Source: Candidatus Rokuibacteriota bacterium
Lineage (GTDB): Bacteria; Methylomirabilota; Methylomirabilia; Rokubacteriales; DASRDR01
Length of the DNA stretch: 60,746 bases
Direction of reading: 5' to 3'
Assembly: GCA_044866005.1 (NCBI GenBank)
Contig: JBIOTN010000232.1
Span: forward strand, 1-60,746
The notes below the pieces were generated by a model that saw nothing but the letters and a program-made list of their open reading frames with translations, did no database searches and was not told the origin of the DNA. The position numbers were made by a program, and so were the translations under genes. Positions within the stretch are counted from its first letter, which is position 1. Every line of letters starts with the position of its first letter. Positions 1 to 9,603 of this stretch are shown one piece after another.

Positions 1-129
1 CTGCGGGTAGGCGCGAAGCGCGTTGCTCGCGCTCGTCGTTGGAGCACTCGAGGACCGGATGACGGCGCCGCGCTCGGCACGGACGACGACTTCTTTCCAG
101 CCGACGCGCGAGGCGAAGTTGCCCAGCCC
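1..129 (-). pseudogene. 5'-truncated coding fragment resembling the extracytoplasmic region of putative Ni/Co transporter-associated proteins
   Basis: Minus-strand frame reads GLGNFASRVGWKEVVVRAERGAVIRSSSAPTTSASNALRAYPQ to the window edge. An in-frame TAA (130-132) lies directly upstream and there is no start codon. Family resemblance (GWKEIVV...LRAYP) is recalled, not searched. Confidence 0.35.
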
Positions 130-148
130 TTAGAGGTTGGGGGAGGTC

Positions 149-177
149 TCGGAGGGGGCCGTCGAGGCCCCCTCCGA
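149..177. repeat. REP-like palindrome / possible terminator downstream of livF
   Basis: TCGGAGGGGGCC-GTCGA-GGCCCCCTCCGA: 12-bp stem with 5-nt loop; related to elements at 15616 and 18749. Confidence 0.7.
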
Positions 178-181
178 AGGT

Positions 182-886
182 TTACCCGCCGAGGTAGGCC
201 TGCTTGACCTGCTCGTTCTCCAGGAGGTCGCGCGCGGGGCCTTCCAGCGTGACCCGTCCGCTCTCCATGACGTAGGCCCGCGTCGCCATCCGAAGCGCCA
301 TGAACGCGTTCTGCTCCACCATGAAGACCGTCACGCCGTCCTGCTGGATGTCGCCGATGATGCGGAAGGTGGCCTCGACGAGCGCGGGCGAGAGTCCCAG
401 CGACGGCTCGTCGAAGAGGATCAGCCGGGGCCGGGCCATCAGCACGCGCCCGATGGCGAGCATCTGCTGCTCGCCGCCGGAGAGCGTGCCGGCGGCCTGG
501 CGGCGCCGCTCGGCCAGGATCGGGAAGTGCTCGAGGATGCGCGCGAGGTCGGCGGCCACGCCGCGGGTGTCCCGCCTCAGGTACGCGCCCATCGCCAGGT
601 TCTCCTGGACGGTCAGGTCGGGGAAGACGCGCCGCCCCTCGGGGCAGTGGGCGATGCCCCGGCGCAGGATGGCCTGGGGCGGGAGCCCCTGGATCTCCTG
701 CCCGTCGAGGACGATGCGCCCCGCCGTCGGCCGCAGGAGGCCGGAGATCGTCTTGAGCGTGGTGGTCTTCCCGGCCCCGTTGGCTCCCACGAGGCAGACC
801 AGCTCGCCCCGGCGCACCTCCACGCTCACGCCGCTCAGGACGGGCACGCGCCCGTACCCGGCCGAGACCCCGTCAAGCCGCAGCAT
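182..886 (-). CDS. livF: Branched-chain amino acid-type ABC transporter ATP-binding protein (LivF-like)
   Basis: GANGAGKTT Walker A, PEGRRVFP, LSGGEQQM, DEPSLGL, VEQN. Confidence 0.93.
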   Translation of the reverse strand: MLRLDGVSAGYGRVPVLSGVSVEVRRGELVCLVGANGAGKTTTLKTISGLLRPTAGRIVLDGQEIQGLPPQAILRRGIAHCPEGRRVFPDLTVQENLAMGAYLRRDTRGVAADLARILEHFPILAERRRQAAGTLSGGEQQMLAIGRVLMARPRLILFDEPSLGLSPALVEATFRIIGDIQQDGVTVFMVEQNAFMALRMATRAYVMESGRVTLEGPARDLLENEQVKQAYLGG

Positions 887-1640
887 GGAGGCTGCCGAGG
901 TAGGCGCGGATGACCTCGGGGTCCCGCTGCACCTCGGCCGGCGCCCCGTCGGCGATGAGCCGGCCGTGGTTCAGGACGAGGACGCGGTCCGAGATCCCCA
1001 TGACCAGTCGCATGTCGTGCTCGACGAGGAGAACGGTCACGCCGCCGTCGCAGATCTGCCGGACGAGCGCGGCGACCGACGCCTTCTCGGCGCGCGTCAT
1101 GCCGGAGGCCGGCTCGTCCAGCAGGAGGAGCTTCGGGCGCGCGGCCAGCGCGATCGCCAGCTCGACCAGCCGTTGCTCGCCGAAGGAGAGGGCTCCGGCG
1201 ACCTCGTCCCGCTTGGCCTCGAGCCCTACCGTGGCGAGCACGGCCGCCGCCTCCTCCCGCAACCGTCGCTCCTCCTCGCGGACGCGCGCGCGGGCCAGGA
1301 GCGCCGCCGCGAGGCCCGTCCGGCCGCGCAGGTGGAGCCCGGTGAGGACGTTGTCCGTCAGCGTGAGGGTGGGGAACACGCTGGTCTTCTGGAAGGTGCG
1401 GACGAGGCCGCGCGCCGCGATCCGGCAGGGGCGCCACCCGGTGATGGAGGCGGCCTCCCACAGGACGCCCCCCGTCGTCGGGGCGCGGAAGCCGGTGATG
1501 ACGTCGAAGGCCGTCGTCTTGCCGGCCCCGTTCGGGCCGATCAGGCTGGTGATCCCGCCGGGCCGGACCTCGAAGCTCACGCCGGCCAGCGCGGCCACGC
1601 CGCCGAAGCGCACGGTGACGTCGCGGACCGCGAGGCTCAC
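873..1640 (-). CDS. livG: ABC transporter ATP-binding protein (LivG-like)
   Basis: GTG start at 1640 overlapping the upstream stop; GPNGAGKTT, RTFQ, LDEPASG, VEHDM, C-terminal AYLG. Confidence 0.92.
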   Translation of the reverse strand: MSLAVRDVTVRFGGVAALAGVSFEVRPGGITSLIGPNGAGKTTAFDVITGFRAPTTGGVLWEAASITGWRPCRIAARGLVRTFQKTSVFPTLTLTDNVLTGLHLRGRTGLAAALLARARVREEERRLREEAAAVLATVGLEAKRDEVAGALSFGEQRLVELAIALAARPKLLLLDEPASGMTRAEKASVAALVRQICDGGVTVLLVEHDMRLVMGISDRVLVLNHGRLIADGAPAEVQRDPEVIRAYLGSLHAAA

Positions 1641-2593
1641 GGAGCCTTCGGGCGCGGCGGCCAGCGCCGGGCGAGCGCGGGCACGATGCCGCGTGGCATG
1701 AAGAAGAGCGTGGCCACCAGGAGGACGCCGTAGAGGAGCATCTGCCACTGCCACGGGGTCAGTTCCCGCAACGCCTCCGGCAGGATGGTGAAGATCACCG
1801 CGCCGACGATCGGGCCGGCGAGGGTCCCCTTGCCGCCCGCCACGACCATGATGACCATCGTGACCGTGTAGGTGAACAGGAAGACCTCCGGGCTCACGAA
1901 GCGCGTGTAGTGGGCGTAGAGGCCCCCGCCGGCCCCCGCCATGCCGGCGCTCACGACCGCGGCCAGCACGAGGTAGTGCGTGCCGTCGATCCCCACGGAC
2001 TGGGCCAGCGGCTCGTTCTCCCGCAGGGCCACCAGGGCGCGGCCGAGCCGCGAGTGGACCAGGCGGTGACAGACCGCGTAGGAGAGGACGACCGCCGCGA
2101 GGACGAGGTAGTAGTAGGCGCCCTTGGACCGGAGCGACAGCGGGGGCAGGCCGGGGAGCGTGAGCTCCACCGGCGGGATCCCGGGCAGGCCGAGGGGCCC
2201 GTTGGTCAGGTCCATCCAGTTCACGCTCACCAGCGAGACGACGCCCGCGAAGCTGATGGTGAGGAGAACGAAGTACGCCCCCCGCAGCTTGAGGGCGAGC
2301 CGGCCGATGACGAGCCCCGCCAGCGCCGGCAGCAGGACCGCCGCGACCAGCCCCAGCCAGGGCGACCACTGGAGCCGCAGGGTGAGGAGCGCGCTCGCGT
2401 AGGCGCCGATACCGAAAAAGGCCGCGTGGCCGAGCGAGAGCTGGCCCGTGTAGCCGAGGAGGAGATTCAGGCTGAGCGCGAGGACGGAGAAGATCCCGGC
2501 CATGATCAGCGTGTGGAGGTGATAGGGGTTCCAGACCCAGACCGGCGCGCTGCCGGCCACCAGCAACACGCCGAGCCCGAGCCCCCGGGTCAT
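1637..2593 (-). CDS. livM: ABC transporter permease (LivM-like)
   Basis: ATG at 2593; GYTGQLSLGHAAFFGIGAY, LTNGPLG, GGKGTLAGP. Confidence 0.92.
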   Translation of the reverse strand: MTRGLGLGVLLVAGSAPVWVWNPYHLHTLIMAGIFSVLALSLNLLLGYTGQLSLGHAAFFGIGAYASALLTLRLQWSPWLGLVAAVLLPALAGLVIGRLALKLRGAYFVLLTISFAGVVSLVSVNWMDLTNGPLGLPGIPPVELTLPGLPPLSLRSKGAYYYLVLAAVVLSYAVCHRLVHSRLGRALVALRENEPLAQSVGIDGTHYLVLAAVVSAGMAGAGGGLYAHYTRFVSPEVFLFTYTVTMVIMVVAGGKGTLAGPIVGAVIFTILPEALRELTPWQWQMLLYGVLLVATLFFMPRGIVPALARRWPPRPKAP

Positions 2594-3462
2594 CCGACCC
2601 GTCCGGCGCGCCCGAACAGGCCGGCCGGGCGGACCAGGAGCATGGCCACGATGATGACGAACCCCACGGCGTCCCGGTAGCCCGAGGAGATGTAGCCGGC
2701 GCCGAGCTCCTCGGCCACGCCGAGGAGGAGCCCGCCCACGGCCGCGCCGAGGAAGTTCCCGAGCCCGCCCAGGATCACCACGGAAAAGGCCTTGAGCGCC
2801 GCCAGGTCGCCCATCGACGGGTAGACGAGGAAGACGGGGCCGAGGAGCGCGCCGGCGGCCGCGGCCAGCCCGGCGCCGAGGGCGAAGGTGATGGTGTGGA
2901 CGCGCTCGACGCTCACCCCCATGAGCGCGGCGGTCTCCCGGTCCTGGAAGGTGGCGCGCATCGCCGTGCCGAGCCGGGTCCGCCAGAGCAGGCCGTGGGC
3001 CCCCGCGATCAGGAGCGCCGACACCGCGAAGACGAAGAGCCGGAGCGGCGCCACCGAGACGGCGCCGAGCACGACCGGCTCGGTGGCGAAGGGGACGGGG
3101 ACGCTCTTGGCCACGCCGCCCCACGCCAGGAGCTCGGCGTTCTGGAGCGCGATCCAGAGGCCGATCATGACCAGCATGGTGGTGTCGATGGACTCGCCGC
3201 GGAGCGGCCGCAGGAGGAGTCGCTCGCAGGCCGCGCCGACCAGCATGCCGCCCAGGATCGCCAGCAGGATCGCCAGCGTGAAGCCCACCGAGGCCAGGGT
3301 GAGCGTGGCGAAGGTGACGTACGCGCCCAGGGTGTAGAACTCGCCGTGCGCGAAGTTCACCACGTTCATGAGCCCGAAGATCAGGGTGAGGCCGACGCCG
3401 AGCAGACTGTAGGTGCTCCCCAGCAGGAGGCCGTTGACGAGGTGCTGGATCAGCGCCTCCAC
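2590..3462 (-). CDS. livH: ABC transporter permease (LivH-like)
   Basis: GLTLIFGLMNVVNFAHGEF, ILGGLG, RPAGLFG. Confidence 0.93.
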   Translation of the reverse strand: MEALIQHLVNGLLLGSTYSLLGVGLTLIFGLMNVVNFAHGEFYTLGAYVTFATLTLASVGFTLAILLAILGGMLVGAACERLLLRPLRGESIDTTMLVMIGLWIALQNAELLAWGGVAKSVPVPFATEPVVLGAVSVAPLRLFVFAVSALLIAGAHGLLWRTRLGTAMRATFQDRETAALMGVSVERVHTITFALGAGLAAAAGALLGPVFLVYPSMGDLAALKAFSVVILGGLGNFLGAAVGGLLLGVAEELGAGYISSGYRDAVGFVIIVAMLLVRPAGLFGRAGRVG

Positions 3463-3519
3463 CGGTCAGCGCGCCGGGCGCTCGCGCTGCTCCAGCCCGC
3501 TCCGGCCCGCCGTCGCGGG

Positions 3520-3645
3520 TGGCGCCGCGCGGCGTCTCCGGCGAAGGGCGCAGTGGGACCCCTTCCGCCGTACCTGGGGCACCGCCAGGTGCCCCAGGTC
3601 GCGGAACGGGTGACGAGCCCGGAGCCGGAGACAAGCGCGGCGCCA
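3520..3645. repeat. Long nested intergenic inverted repeat
   Basis: Nested pairs GGCGCCGCGC/GCGCGGCGCC, GTCTCCGGC/GCCGGAGAC and TTCCGC/GCGGAA, capped by ACCTGGGGCACC-GCCA-GGTGCCCCAGGT. Confidence 0.7.
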
Positions 3646-3737
3646 GGACCCGCCGCGGCGATCCCGGATGGGTTGGACCGGCACTGGCTAGCCCTGGTGA
3701 TGCTCGGCGATGGCGGTCACGCGGCCCGCGCGCGCGG

Positions 3738-4493
3738 TCACGGACCGCTCGGCTCCATGCCCTTCGCCTTGAGCACGGGCGCGGCGGCCGGCGCCTTCAA
3801 GAACTGGATCAGGGCCTGGCCGGCCGCCCCGTCCCGGGCCGCGGCCCCGACCCCGGCCGCGTAACCGACGTAGCTCTGCAGCTCGGGCGGGAGCGGACCG
3901 ACGAGCTCGGCACCGGGCACGGGCTCGAAGGCGCTGATGACCAGCAGCGCGAGCTCGGCCCCGCCATCAGCGATGAACTGGGCGCCGCGGCCGGCCTGCC
4001 AGAGCTTGGTCTTGGATTTCATCTGCTCGGCGATCCCGAGGCGCTCGAACAGGCTCGCCAGGTAGGCGGCGGTCGCCCCTTCCCTGGCATAGCTGATCGA
4101 CTTCGCGTCGAGCATCGCGCGCTTGAAGGCGTCGGCCGACCCGATGTCGGGCCTGGGCGCGCCCGCGCGCACGATCACGCCGATGCCGGAGCGGGCGATG
4201 TCGGCGCGCGTGCCGGCCGCGATCTTCCGCTCTTTGAGCAGGCCGTCGATCAACGATGTGGTGAGGATGGCGACGTCGAAGGCCTCGCCCGCATCGATCT
4301 GGCGTTTCAACACACCGACCGCCTCGAACTGGATGGCGAGCGTGTGGCCCGTCGCGCGCTCGAACCGGGGGCCGAGCTCCTCCATCACCGATCTCATCGC
4401 GGCGGCGCTCAGGACTTTGACTTCAGCAGGCTCGGCCGCGACGCCTTGCGCCAGCAGGATCGTGACGCCGACAGCGAGCGAGCCGATCCTCAT
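3738..4493 (-). CDS. ModA-like substrate-binding protein
   Basis: Signal peptide; VKVLSAAAM, GEAFDVAIL, GPLPPELQSY motifs of the ModA-like (SBP_bac_11) family. Confidence 0.8.
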   Translation of the reverse strand: MRIGSLAVGVTILLAQGVAAEPAEVKVLSAAAMRSVMEELGPRFERATGHTLAIQFEAVGVLKRQIDAGEAFDVAILTTSLIDGLLKERKIAAGTRADIARSGIGVIVRAGAPRPDIGSADAFKRAMLDAKSISYAREGATAAYLASLFERLGIAEQMKSKTKLWQAGRGAQFIADGGAELALLVISAFEPVPGAELVGPLPPELQSYVGYAAGVGAAARDGAAGQALIQFLKAPAAAPVLKAKGMEPSGP

Positions 4494-4536
4494 GCTGCCC
4501 TCCCTCCCGGCACGTCGAACAGTCGCGCGGCGGCGC

Positions 4537-5724
4537 TCAGTTCTTGGCGAGGAACGCCGGCAGCGCGATCTTGCCGTCCTTGATCTCGACGATGAAGATG
4601 CTCGGCCGGCTCTGGCCGCTCTCCTTGCCTGGCGGCCCGTCCTTCTCGAACCGGATGGGGCCGTTGACGCCCATGACGCTCACCTTCCAGAGCGCGTCGC
4701 GGACCGCCTTGGGCTCCGGCTTGCCGGCGGCCTTGATCGCCTCGGCGGCCGTCAACACGCCGTCGTGGCCGCGGAAGCCCTCGGTGAGCCCCTCGAAGGG
4801 ATGGCCGCGCTTGCCCCACTCGTCCACGAAGGCCTTCGCCAGCTTGCCGTCGGGCATGGCCTCGGGGAACCAGGGGAGGAAGAAGAGGATGTGGTAGGTG
4901 CCGTCGGCCGCGCCGCCGGCCTGCTTGATGAGCTGGCTCGGCGAGGAGCTGCCGCCCGTGGTGATGATCCGGCGCGACAGCCGCTGCTCCTGCGCCTGCT
5001 TGAGCACCAGCGTGATCTGCTCCACGCTCGTCGTGACGAAGAGCGTGTCGCCGGGGCCCGCCTTGATCTTGGTGATCTGGGCGTTCATGTCCGTCGCCGC
5101 CTGGTCCATGAACTCGGCGGCGCCGACCGCGGCGCCCGAGCGCTTGAGGAGGTCTCCGAAGGCCGTCACGGCGCCGCGACCCCAGTCGGTGTTGACGGCG
5201 AGGAAGTCCGCCCGCTTGATCCCGAGCTCCTTGACGTACCGCTCGAGCCCGAGGGCTTCCATCTCGGAGGGCGGGCTGATCCGGAAGATCCACGGGTTCC
5301 CCCGCTTCGTGATGCTCGCGGCGCTCGAGGTCTCCACGATCATGGGCACGCCGTACTCCTCGAGCTTCGGCATGGCGGCGAGCGTCATCGAGCTGCCCCA
5401 GGCCCCCATCAGCACCGGCACCCTGTCCCGGACGATCAGCTTCTCGGCGGCCGTGGCGGCTTCCTTGGGGTCGGACTTGTTGTCCTCGATCAGGAGCTGG
5501 ATCGGCCGGCCCAGCACGCCCCCCCGGCCGTTGATCCAGTCCCGCGCGATCTCGGCGCCCATCCGCACGTAGTTGCCGGACGCCGCGACGGGGCCCGACA
5601 GCGGCTGGATCACGCCGATCTTGATCGCCTCGCCCGATTGCGCGAGCACGGGCGGCGCCCCGAGGCCGACCAGGAGCGCCAGGATGACGGAGAGCGAGCC
5701 GATGCGCCGCACGATGCGTCTCAT
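4537..5724 (-). CDS. ABC transporter substrate-binding protein (LivK-like)
   Basis: Signal peptide; IKIGVIQPLSG, INGRGGVLGRPI, EDNKSDP. Confidence 0.92.
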   Translation of the reverse strand: MRRIVRRIGSLSVILALLVGLGAPPVLAQSGEAIKIGVIQPLSGPVAASGNYVRMGAEIARDWINGRGGVLGRPIQLLIEDNKSDPKEAATAAEKLIVRDRVPVLMGAWGSSMTLAAMPKLEEYGVPMIVETSSAASITKRGNPWIFRISPPSEMEALGLERYVKELGIKRADFLAVNTDWGRGAVTAFGDLLKRSGAAVGAAEFMDQAATDMNAQITKIKAGPGDTLFVTTSVEQITLVLKQAQEQRLSRRIITTGGSSSPSQLIKQAGGAADGTYHILFFLPWFPEAMPDGKLAKAFVDEWGKRGHPFEGLTEGFRGHDGVLTAAEAIKAAGKPEPKAVRDALWKVSVMGVNGPIRFEKDGPPGKESGQSRPSIFIVEIKDGKIALPAFLAKN

Positions 5725-5802
5725 GGGCGACCTCCTGCGGATGGCGTGGATGAGAGTCCGTCCCGGAACGGCACGGGAGATCCCGGTTGCCTGACGCCGA
5801 GC

Positions 5803-5872
5803 ATGATCCCGTGTTTCATCGCGCCTGTCAACGGAGTCGTGAATTGACAGCCCCCGACCCTTCCGCTAACGT
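5803..5872. promoter_or_regulatory. Back-to-back sigma-70-type promoters
   Basis: Plus strand: TTGACA(5844)-N17-TAACGT(5867). Minus strand: TTGACA(5831-5826)-N17-GATCAT(5808-5803). Confidence 0.6.
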
Positions 5873-5881
5873 CAACGGCTG

Positions 5882-6925
5882 ATGGAAGGCTGGGCGCGCT
5901 ACGCGACGGCGCTGCCGTCGATCGCCGAGGCCGTGGGGCACACGCCGCTGGTGCGCCTCAACCGCCTCACCGCGGGGCTCGCCCCCGCGGTCTACGTCAA
6001 GCTCGAGTGGTACGGCGCCACCGGCAGCCTCAAGGACCGGATCTACCTCCACATGTTCGAGCGGGCCGAGCAGCGCGGGGCGCTCGCGCCCGGCATGGCC
6101 GTCCTGGAGTGCTCGACCGGCAACGCCGGCATCGCCTGCGCGTGGGTGGCCGCCGTCAAGGGCTACCCCTGCACCATCGTCATGCCCGAGGGGATGAGCG
6201 AGGAGCGCAAGAAGCTCATGCGCGCCTACGGGGCCACGCTGGTCTTCACGCCCGGCGGGGAGAGCGACGTGGACCTGGCCCTGGCCCGCCTCGGCGAGAT
6301 CCGGGCCGCGGCCCCGGACCGCTACTGGGTGCCCGGGCAGTTCGACAACCCCGACAACGTCGAGGCGCACCTCCTCACGACCGGCCCCGAGATCTGGACG
6401 CAGATGGGTGGGCGTCTCGGCGCCTTCGTGGACGCGCAGGGAAGCGGCGGCCTCCTGACCGGCGTGGGCCGCTACCTCCGCCGGCACGACCCCGGCGTCA
6501 AGCTCTACGCCGTGGAGCCCGCCGAGTGTGCCCTCCTGGCGCGGCGGCAGTGGGGGCCCCACGGCATCGAGGGGATCGGCGACGGCTTCGTGCCGGCGAA
6601 CCTCGACGTCTCCCTCCTCACCGGGGTCATCACGACCACGACGGCGGAGAGCGTGGAGGCCGCCCGCGCGCTGGCCCGCCAGGAGGGGATCTTCTGCGGG
6701 ATCTCGAGCGGCTGCAACGTGGCCGCGGCCCTGAAGCTGGCGCGCAAGCACCCGGAGCTCGGCTCGATCGTCACCATCGTCAACGACACCGGCCAGCGCT
6801 ACTTCACCACGCCCCTCTGCGGGGAGGACAAGCGGATCGACATCCCCGAGCGCGACCACGCGCTGGACGCTCACACGGTCGCCCAGCTCGACCGGTATCA
6901 GGCGGGCTGGGAGCTCATCGCATGA
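5882..6925 (+). CDS. Cysteine synthase-family PLP enzyme (fold type II)
   Basis: VGHTPLV, GSLKDR (PLP lysine), STGNAG, QFDNPDN, IEGIG, GISSG, NDTGQRY. Confidence 0.9.
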   Translation: MEGWARYATALPSIAEAVGHTPLVRLNRLTAGLAPAVYVKLEWYGATGSLKDRIYLHMFERAEQRGALAPGMAVLECSTGNAGIACAWVAAVKGYPCTIVMPEGMSEERKKLMRAYGATLVFTPGGESDVDLALARLGEIRAAAPDRYWVPGQFDNPDNVEAHLLTTGPEIWTQMGGRLGAFVDAQGSGGLLTGVGRYLRRHDPGVKLYAVEPAECALLARRQWGPHGIEGIGDGFVPANLDVSLLTGVITTTTAESVEAARALARQEGIFCGISSGCNVAAALKLARKHPELGSIVTIVNDTGQRYFTTPLCGEDKRIDIPERDHALDAHTVAQLDRYQAGWELIA

Positions 6926-7884
6926 GCGCGCGTCTCGGCGAGCTGGACTTCCGCGCGGCGCGGCGACGGCTCGAGGCCAAGGCGAAGTCGGCGGGGCCCA
7001 AGCTCGGCCCCATCGAGGACGCCGTGGCCCGGATCCGGGACGGCGACCACGTGGCGCTGGGCGGGATCCTCTACTCCCGCACGCCGCTCGCCCTCGTCCG
7101 GGCCCTGCTGCGCCGGCGCCCCGCCCATCTCACGCTCTCGCGCAACCTCATGTGCTACGAGGGCGAGTGGTGCATGGTCGCCGGCGCGGTGGACCGCGTG
7201 GTGACCTCCTGGATGGGCATCGGCCTGCCCTGGGGACTCTCCCGGATCATGCGGGAGTACGCGGAGTCGGGCCGCGTCCCCGTCGAGGAGTGGAGCCACC
7301 TCGGCCTCGGGCTCCGCTACCGCGCCGGGGCGATGGGTCTGCCGTTCCTGCCCTCGCTCACGATGCTGGGCTCGGACCTCATGCGGCTCGCCGAGTCGCG
7401 CACGGTGGCGTGTCCGTACACGGGGGAAGCGCTGCACGCGGTGCCGGCGCTCTTCCCCGACGTGGCGCTCCTCCACGTCCACCGCGCCGACCGGTTCGGC
7501 AACTGTCAGGTCGACGGCTACCCCCACATGGACGCCGACATCGCCCTGGCCGCCACGACGGTGCTGGTCACGGCCGAGGAGATCGTCTCCGAGGAGGAGA
7601 TCCGCCGCCGCCCCGACCGGACCCTCATCCCCGGCTTCGTGGTGGACGCGCTGGCCCACGTGCCCTGGGGCGCCTACCCGCACGAGTGCTACGGGCTCTA
7701 CGACTCGGAGCCCGATCACTTCACCGAGTACGTGGCCGGCATCCGGGAGGCCGGCGCCGCGGCGGTCGGGCGATACCTCGACCGTTACGTCTTCGGTCCC
7801 CAGAGCCACGCCGACTACCTCGCCCTCTTCCCGGAAGCCCGACGGCACGACGCGGCGCGACGGGCGCGCGAGCTCGTCGGGTGA
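6922..7884 (+). CDS. CoA-transferase subunit A (glutaconate CoA-transferase GctA-like)
   Basis: ATG at 6922 overlapping the upstream stop; EEWSH, YRAGAMGLPFLP, PDVALLHVHRAD. Confidence 0.88.
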   Translation: MSARLGELDFRAARRRLEAKAKSAGPKLGPIEDAVARIRDGDHVALGGILYSRTPLALVRALLRRRPAHLTLSRNLMCYEGEWCMVAGAVDRVVTSWMGIGLPWGLSRIMREYAESGRVPVEEWSHLGLGLRYRAGAMGLPFLPSLTMLGSDLMRLAESRTVACPYTGEALHAVPALFPDVALLHVHRADRFGNCQVDGYPHMDADIALAATTVLVTAEEIVSEEEIRRRPDRTLIPGFVVDALAHVPWGAYPHECYGLYDSEPDHFTEYVAGIREAGAAAVGRYLDRYVFGPQSHADYLALFPEARRHDAARRARELVG

Positions 7885-8645
7885 GCGCGGTGAGCCCGAA
7901 CGAGCTGCTGGCGGTCATGGGCGCGCGGCAGCTCCGCGACCACCAGACCGTCTTCACCGGCGTGGGCACCCCCATGATGGCCTCGGTGCTCGCCCAGCGG
8001 CTCCACGCCCCCCACCTGACGATGGTCATCGAGGGCGGGATCGTGGGGCCCGAGTGGCGGCCGGGCTGGCTGCCCATCTCGACGAACGAGATGCGCGCCG
8101 CGTACCGCGCGCAGATGCTGCCCGCCATCACGGACGCCTTCCTCCTGGCCCAGCGCGGCTTCCTCGACGTGGGCTTCATCGGCGGCGCCCAGATCGACCG
8201 GTACGGGAACGTGAACTCGAGCTTCATCGGCCCCCCGGAGCGGCCCAAGGTGCGGCTGCCCGGCAGCGGCGGCGCCAACGACATCGTCTCGCTCTGCCGC
8301 GAGGTCGTCATCCTCACCGTGCACGAGCCGCGGCGCTTCACCGAGGCGGTGGACTTCGTCACCAGCCCCGGCTGGCTCCGGGGCGGCGAGTCCCGGCGCG
8401 CCAGCGGCCTCCTCTTCGGCGGCGTGGCCCGGGTCGTCACCACGCTCGGCCTCTTCGGCTTCGATCCGGTGAGCCGGGGCATGCGGCTCGAGGCCCTGCA
8501 TCCCGGCGCGACCCTGGACGAGGTCCGCGCGAACACCCCGTTCGAGCTCCTGGTGGCGGTGCGCGTGGAGACGACCACGCCGCCCAGCGACCGGGAGCTC
8601 GACATCCTGCGCGCGCTCGATCCCGAGCGGCGCTTCCTCGGCTGA
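7881..8645 (+). CDS. CoA-transferase subunit B (GctB-like)
   Basis: GTG at 7881; VIEGG (catalytic Glu position), GGAQIDRYGNVN, LPGSGGAND. Confidence 0.88.
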   Translation: MSAVSPNELLAVMGARQLRDHQTVFTGVGTPMMASVLAQRLHAPHLTMVIEGGIVGPEWRPGWLPISTNEMRAAYRAQMLPAITDAFLLAQRGFLDVGFIGGAQIDRYGNVNSSFIGPPERPKVRLPGSGGANDIVSLCREVVILTVHEPRRFTEAVDFVTSPGWLRGGESRRASGLLFGGVARVVTTLGLFGFDPVSRGMRLEALHPGATLDEVRANTPFELLVAVRVETTTPPSDRELDILRALDPERRFLG

Positions 8646-8667
8646 CCCGGAGCGGGCTGGGCGGGGC

Positions 8668-9603
8668 ATGCCCCACTTCGGTCTGGCCATCCGGAACTTC
8701 GTCGGCCCCGGCGAGACGCCGGACGTGGCGGCCCTCTACGCGTACGCGCGGCGCGCGGAGGCGCTCGGCTTCGAGTCCCTGTGGGCCTGGGACCACGTGC
8801 TGCTGGGAGTCGAACCCGCGTTTCCGATCCTGGAGTCTGTCACGCTGCTGGCCGCCATCGCGGCGCAGACGACGCGCATCAAGCTCGGCACGGGGATCCT
8901 CGTCCTGCCGCTCCGCAATCCGGTCGTCGCCGCCAAGGCCCTGGGGAGCCTCGACGTGATCTCGGGCGGGCGACTCGTCCTGGGCGTGGCGGCGGGCTGG
9001 TACGCGCGCGAGTTCGACGCGGTCGGCGTGCCGTTCAAGCAGCGCGGCCGGCAGTTCGAGCGGAACCTCGACATCCTCGTCCGCCTCTGGACCGAGGCGC
9101 GCGTGACGCTCAAGGTCGACGAGCTCAACCTGCGCGACGCGGTGATGGTCCCGCGGCCCGTCCAGCGGCCGCGCCCGCCCATCCTGATCGGCGGCTACGT
9201 GGACGCCGTGCTCCGGCGCGCCGCGACGCTGGGCGACGGCTGGCTCACCTACTTCTACACGCCGGAGGCCTTCACCCGGCACTGGGCCCGCGTGCAGGCC
9301 TTCGCCCGCGAGGCCGGCCGGGACCCGGCCACGCTCTCCAGCACCAACCAGCTCGCCATCTACGTCGGCCCCTCGCGCGCCGAGACGACGGCCGCCATGC
9401 GGCACTGGCTCAGCACGGAATGGGACACGGCGGCCTGGAGCGAGTCGACGATCGAGCACGCCATCCACGGGAGCCCCGCCGAGTGCGCGGCCGAGCTCCG
9501 GCGCCACGTGGCCACCGGCGTCGACCGCATCATCCTGATTCCCTTCCGCTACCAGCCCGAGCAGGTGGAGCGGATCGCGACGGAGGTGCTGCCCGCGCTA
9601 TGA
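8668..9603 (+). CDS. LLM-class (luciferase-like) flavin/F420-dependent oxidoreductase
   Basis: GFESLWAWDH, LPLRNP, SGGRLVLGVAAGW. Confidence 0.9.
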   Translation: MPHFGLAIRNFVGPGETPDVAALYAYARRAEALGFESLWAWDHVLLGVEPAFPILESVTLLAAIAAQTTRIKLGTGILVLPLRNPVVAAKALGSLDVISGGRLVLGVAAGWYAREFDAVGVPFKQRGRQFERNLDILVRLWTEARVTLKVDELNLRDAVMVPRPVQRPRPPILIGGYVDAVLRRAATLGDGWLTYFYTPEAFTRHWARVQAFAREAGRDPATLSSTNQLAIYVGPSRAETTAAMRHWLSTEWDTAAWSESTIEHAIHGSPAECAAELRRHVATGVDRIILIPFRYQPEQVERIATEVLPAL

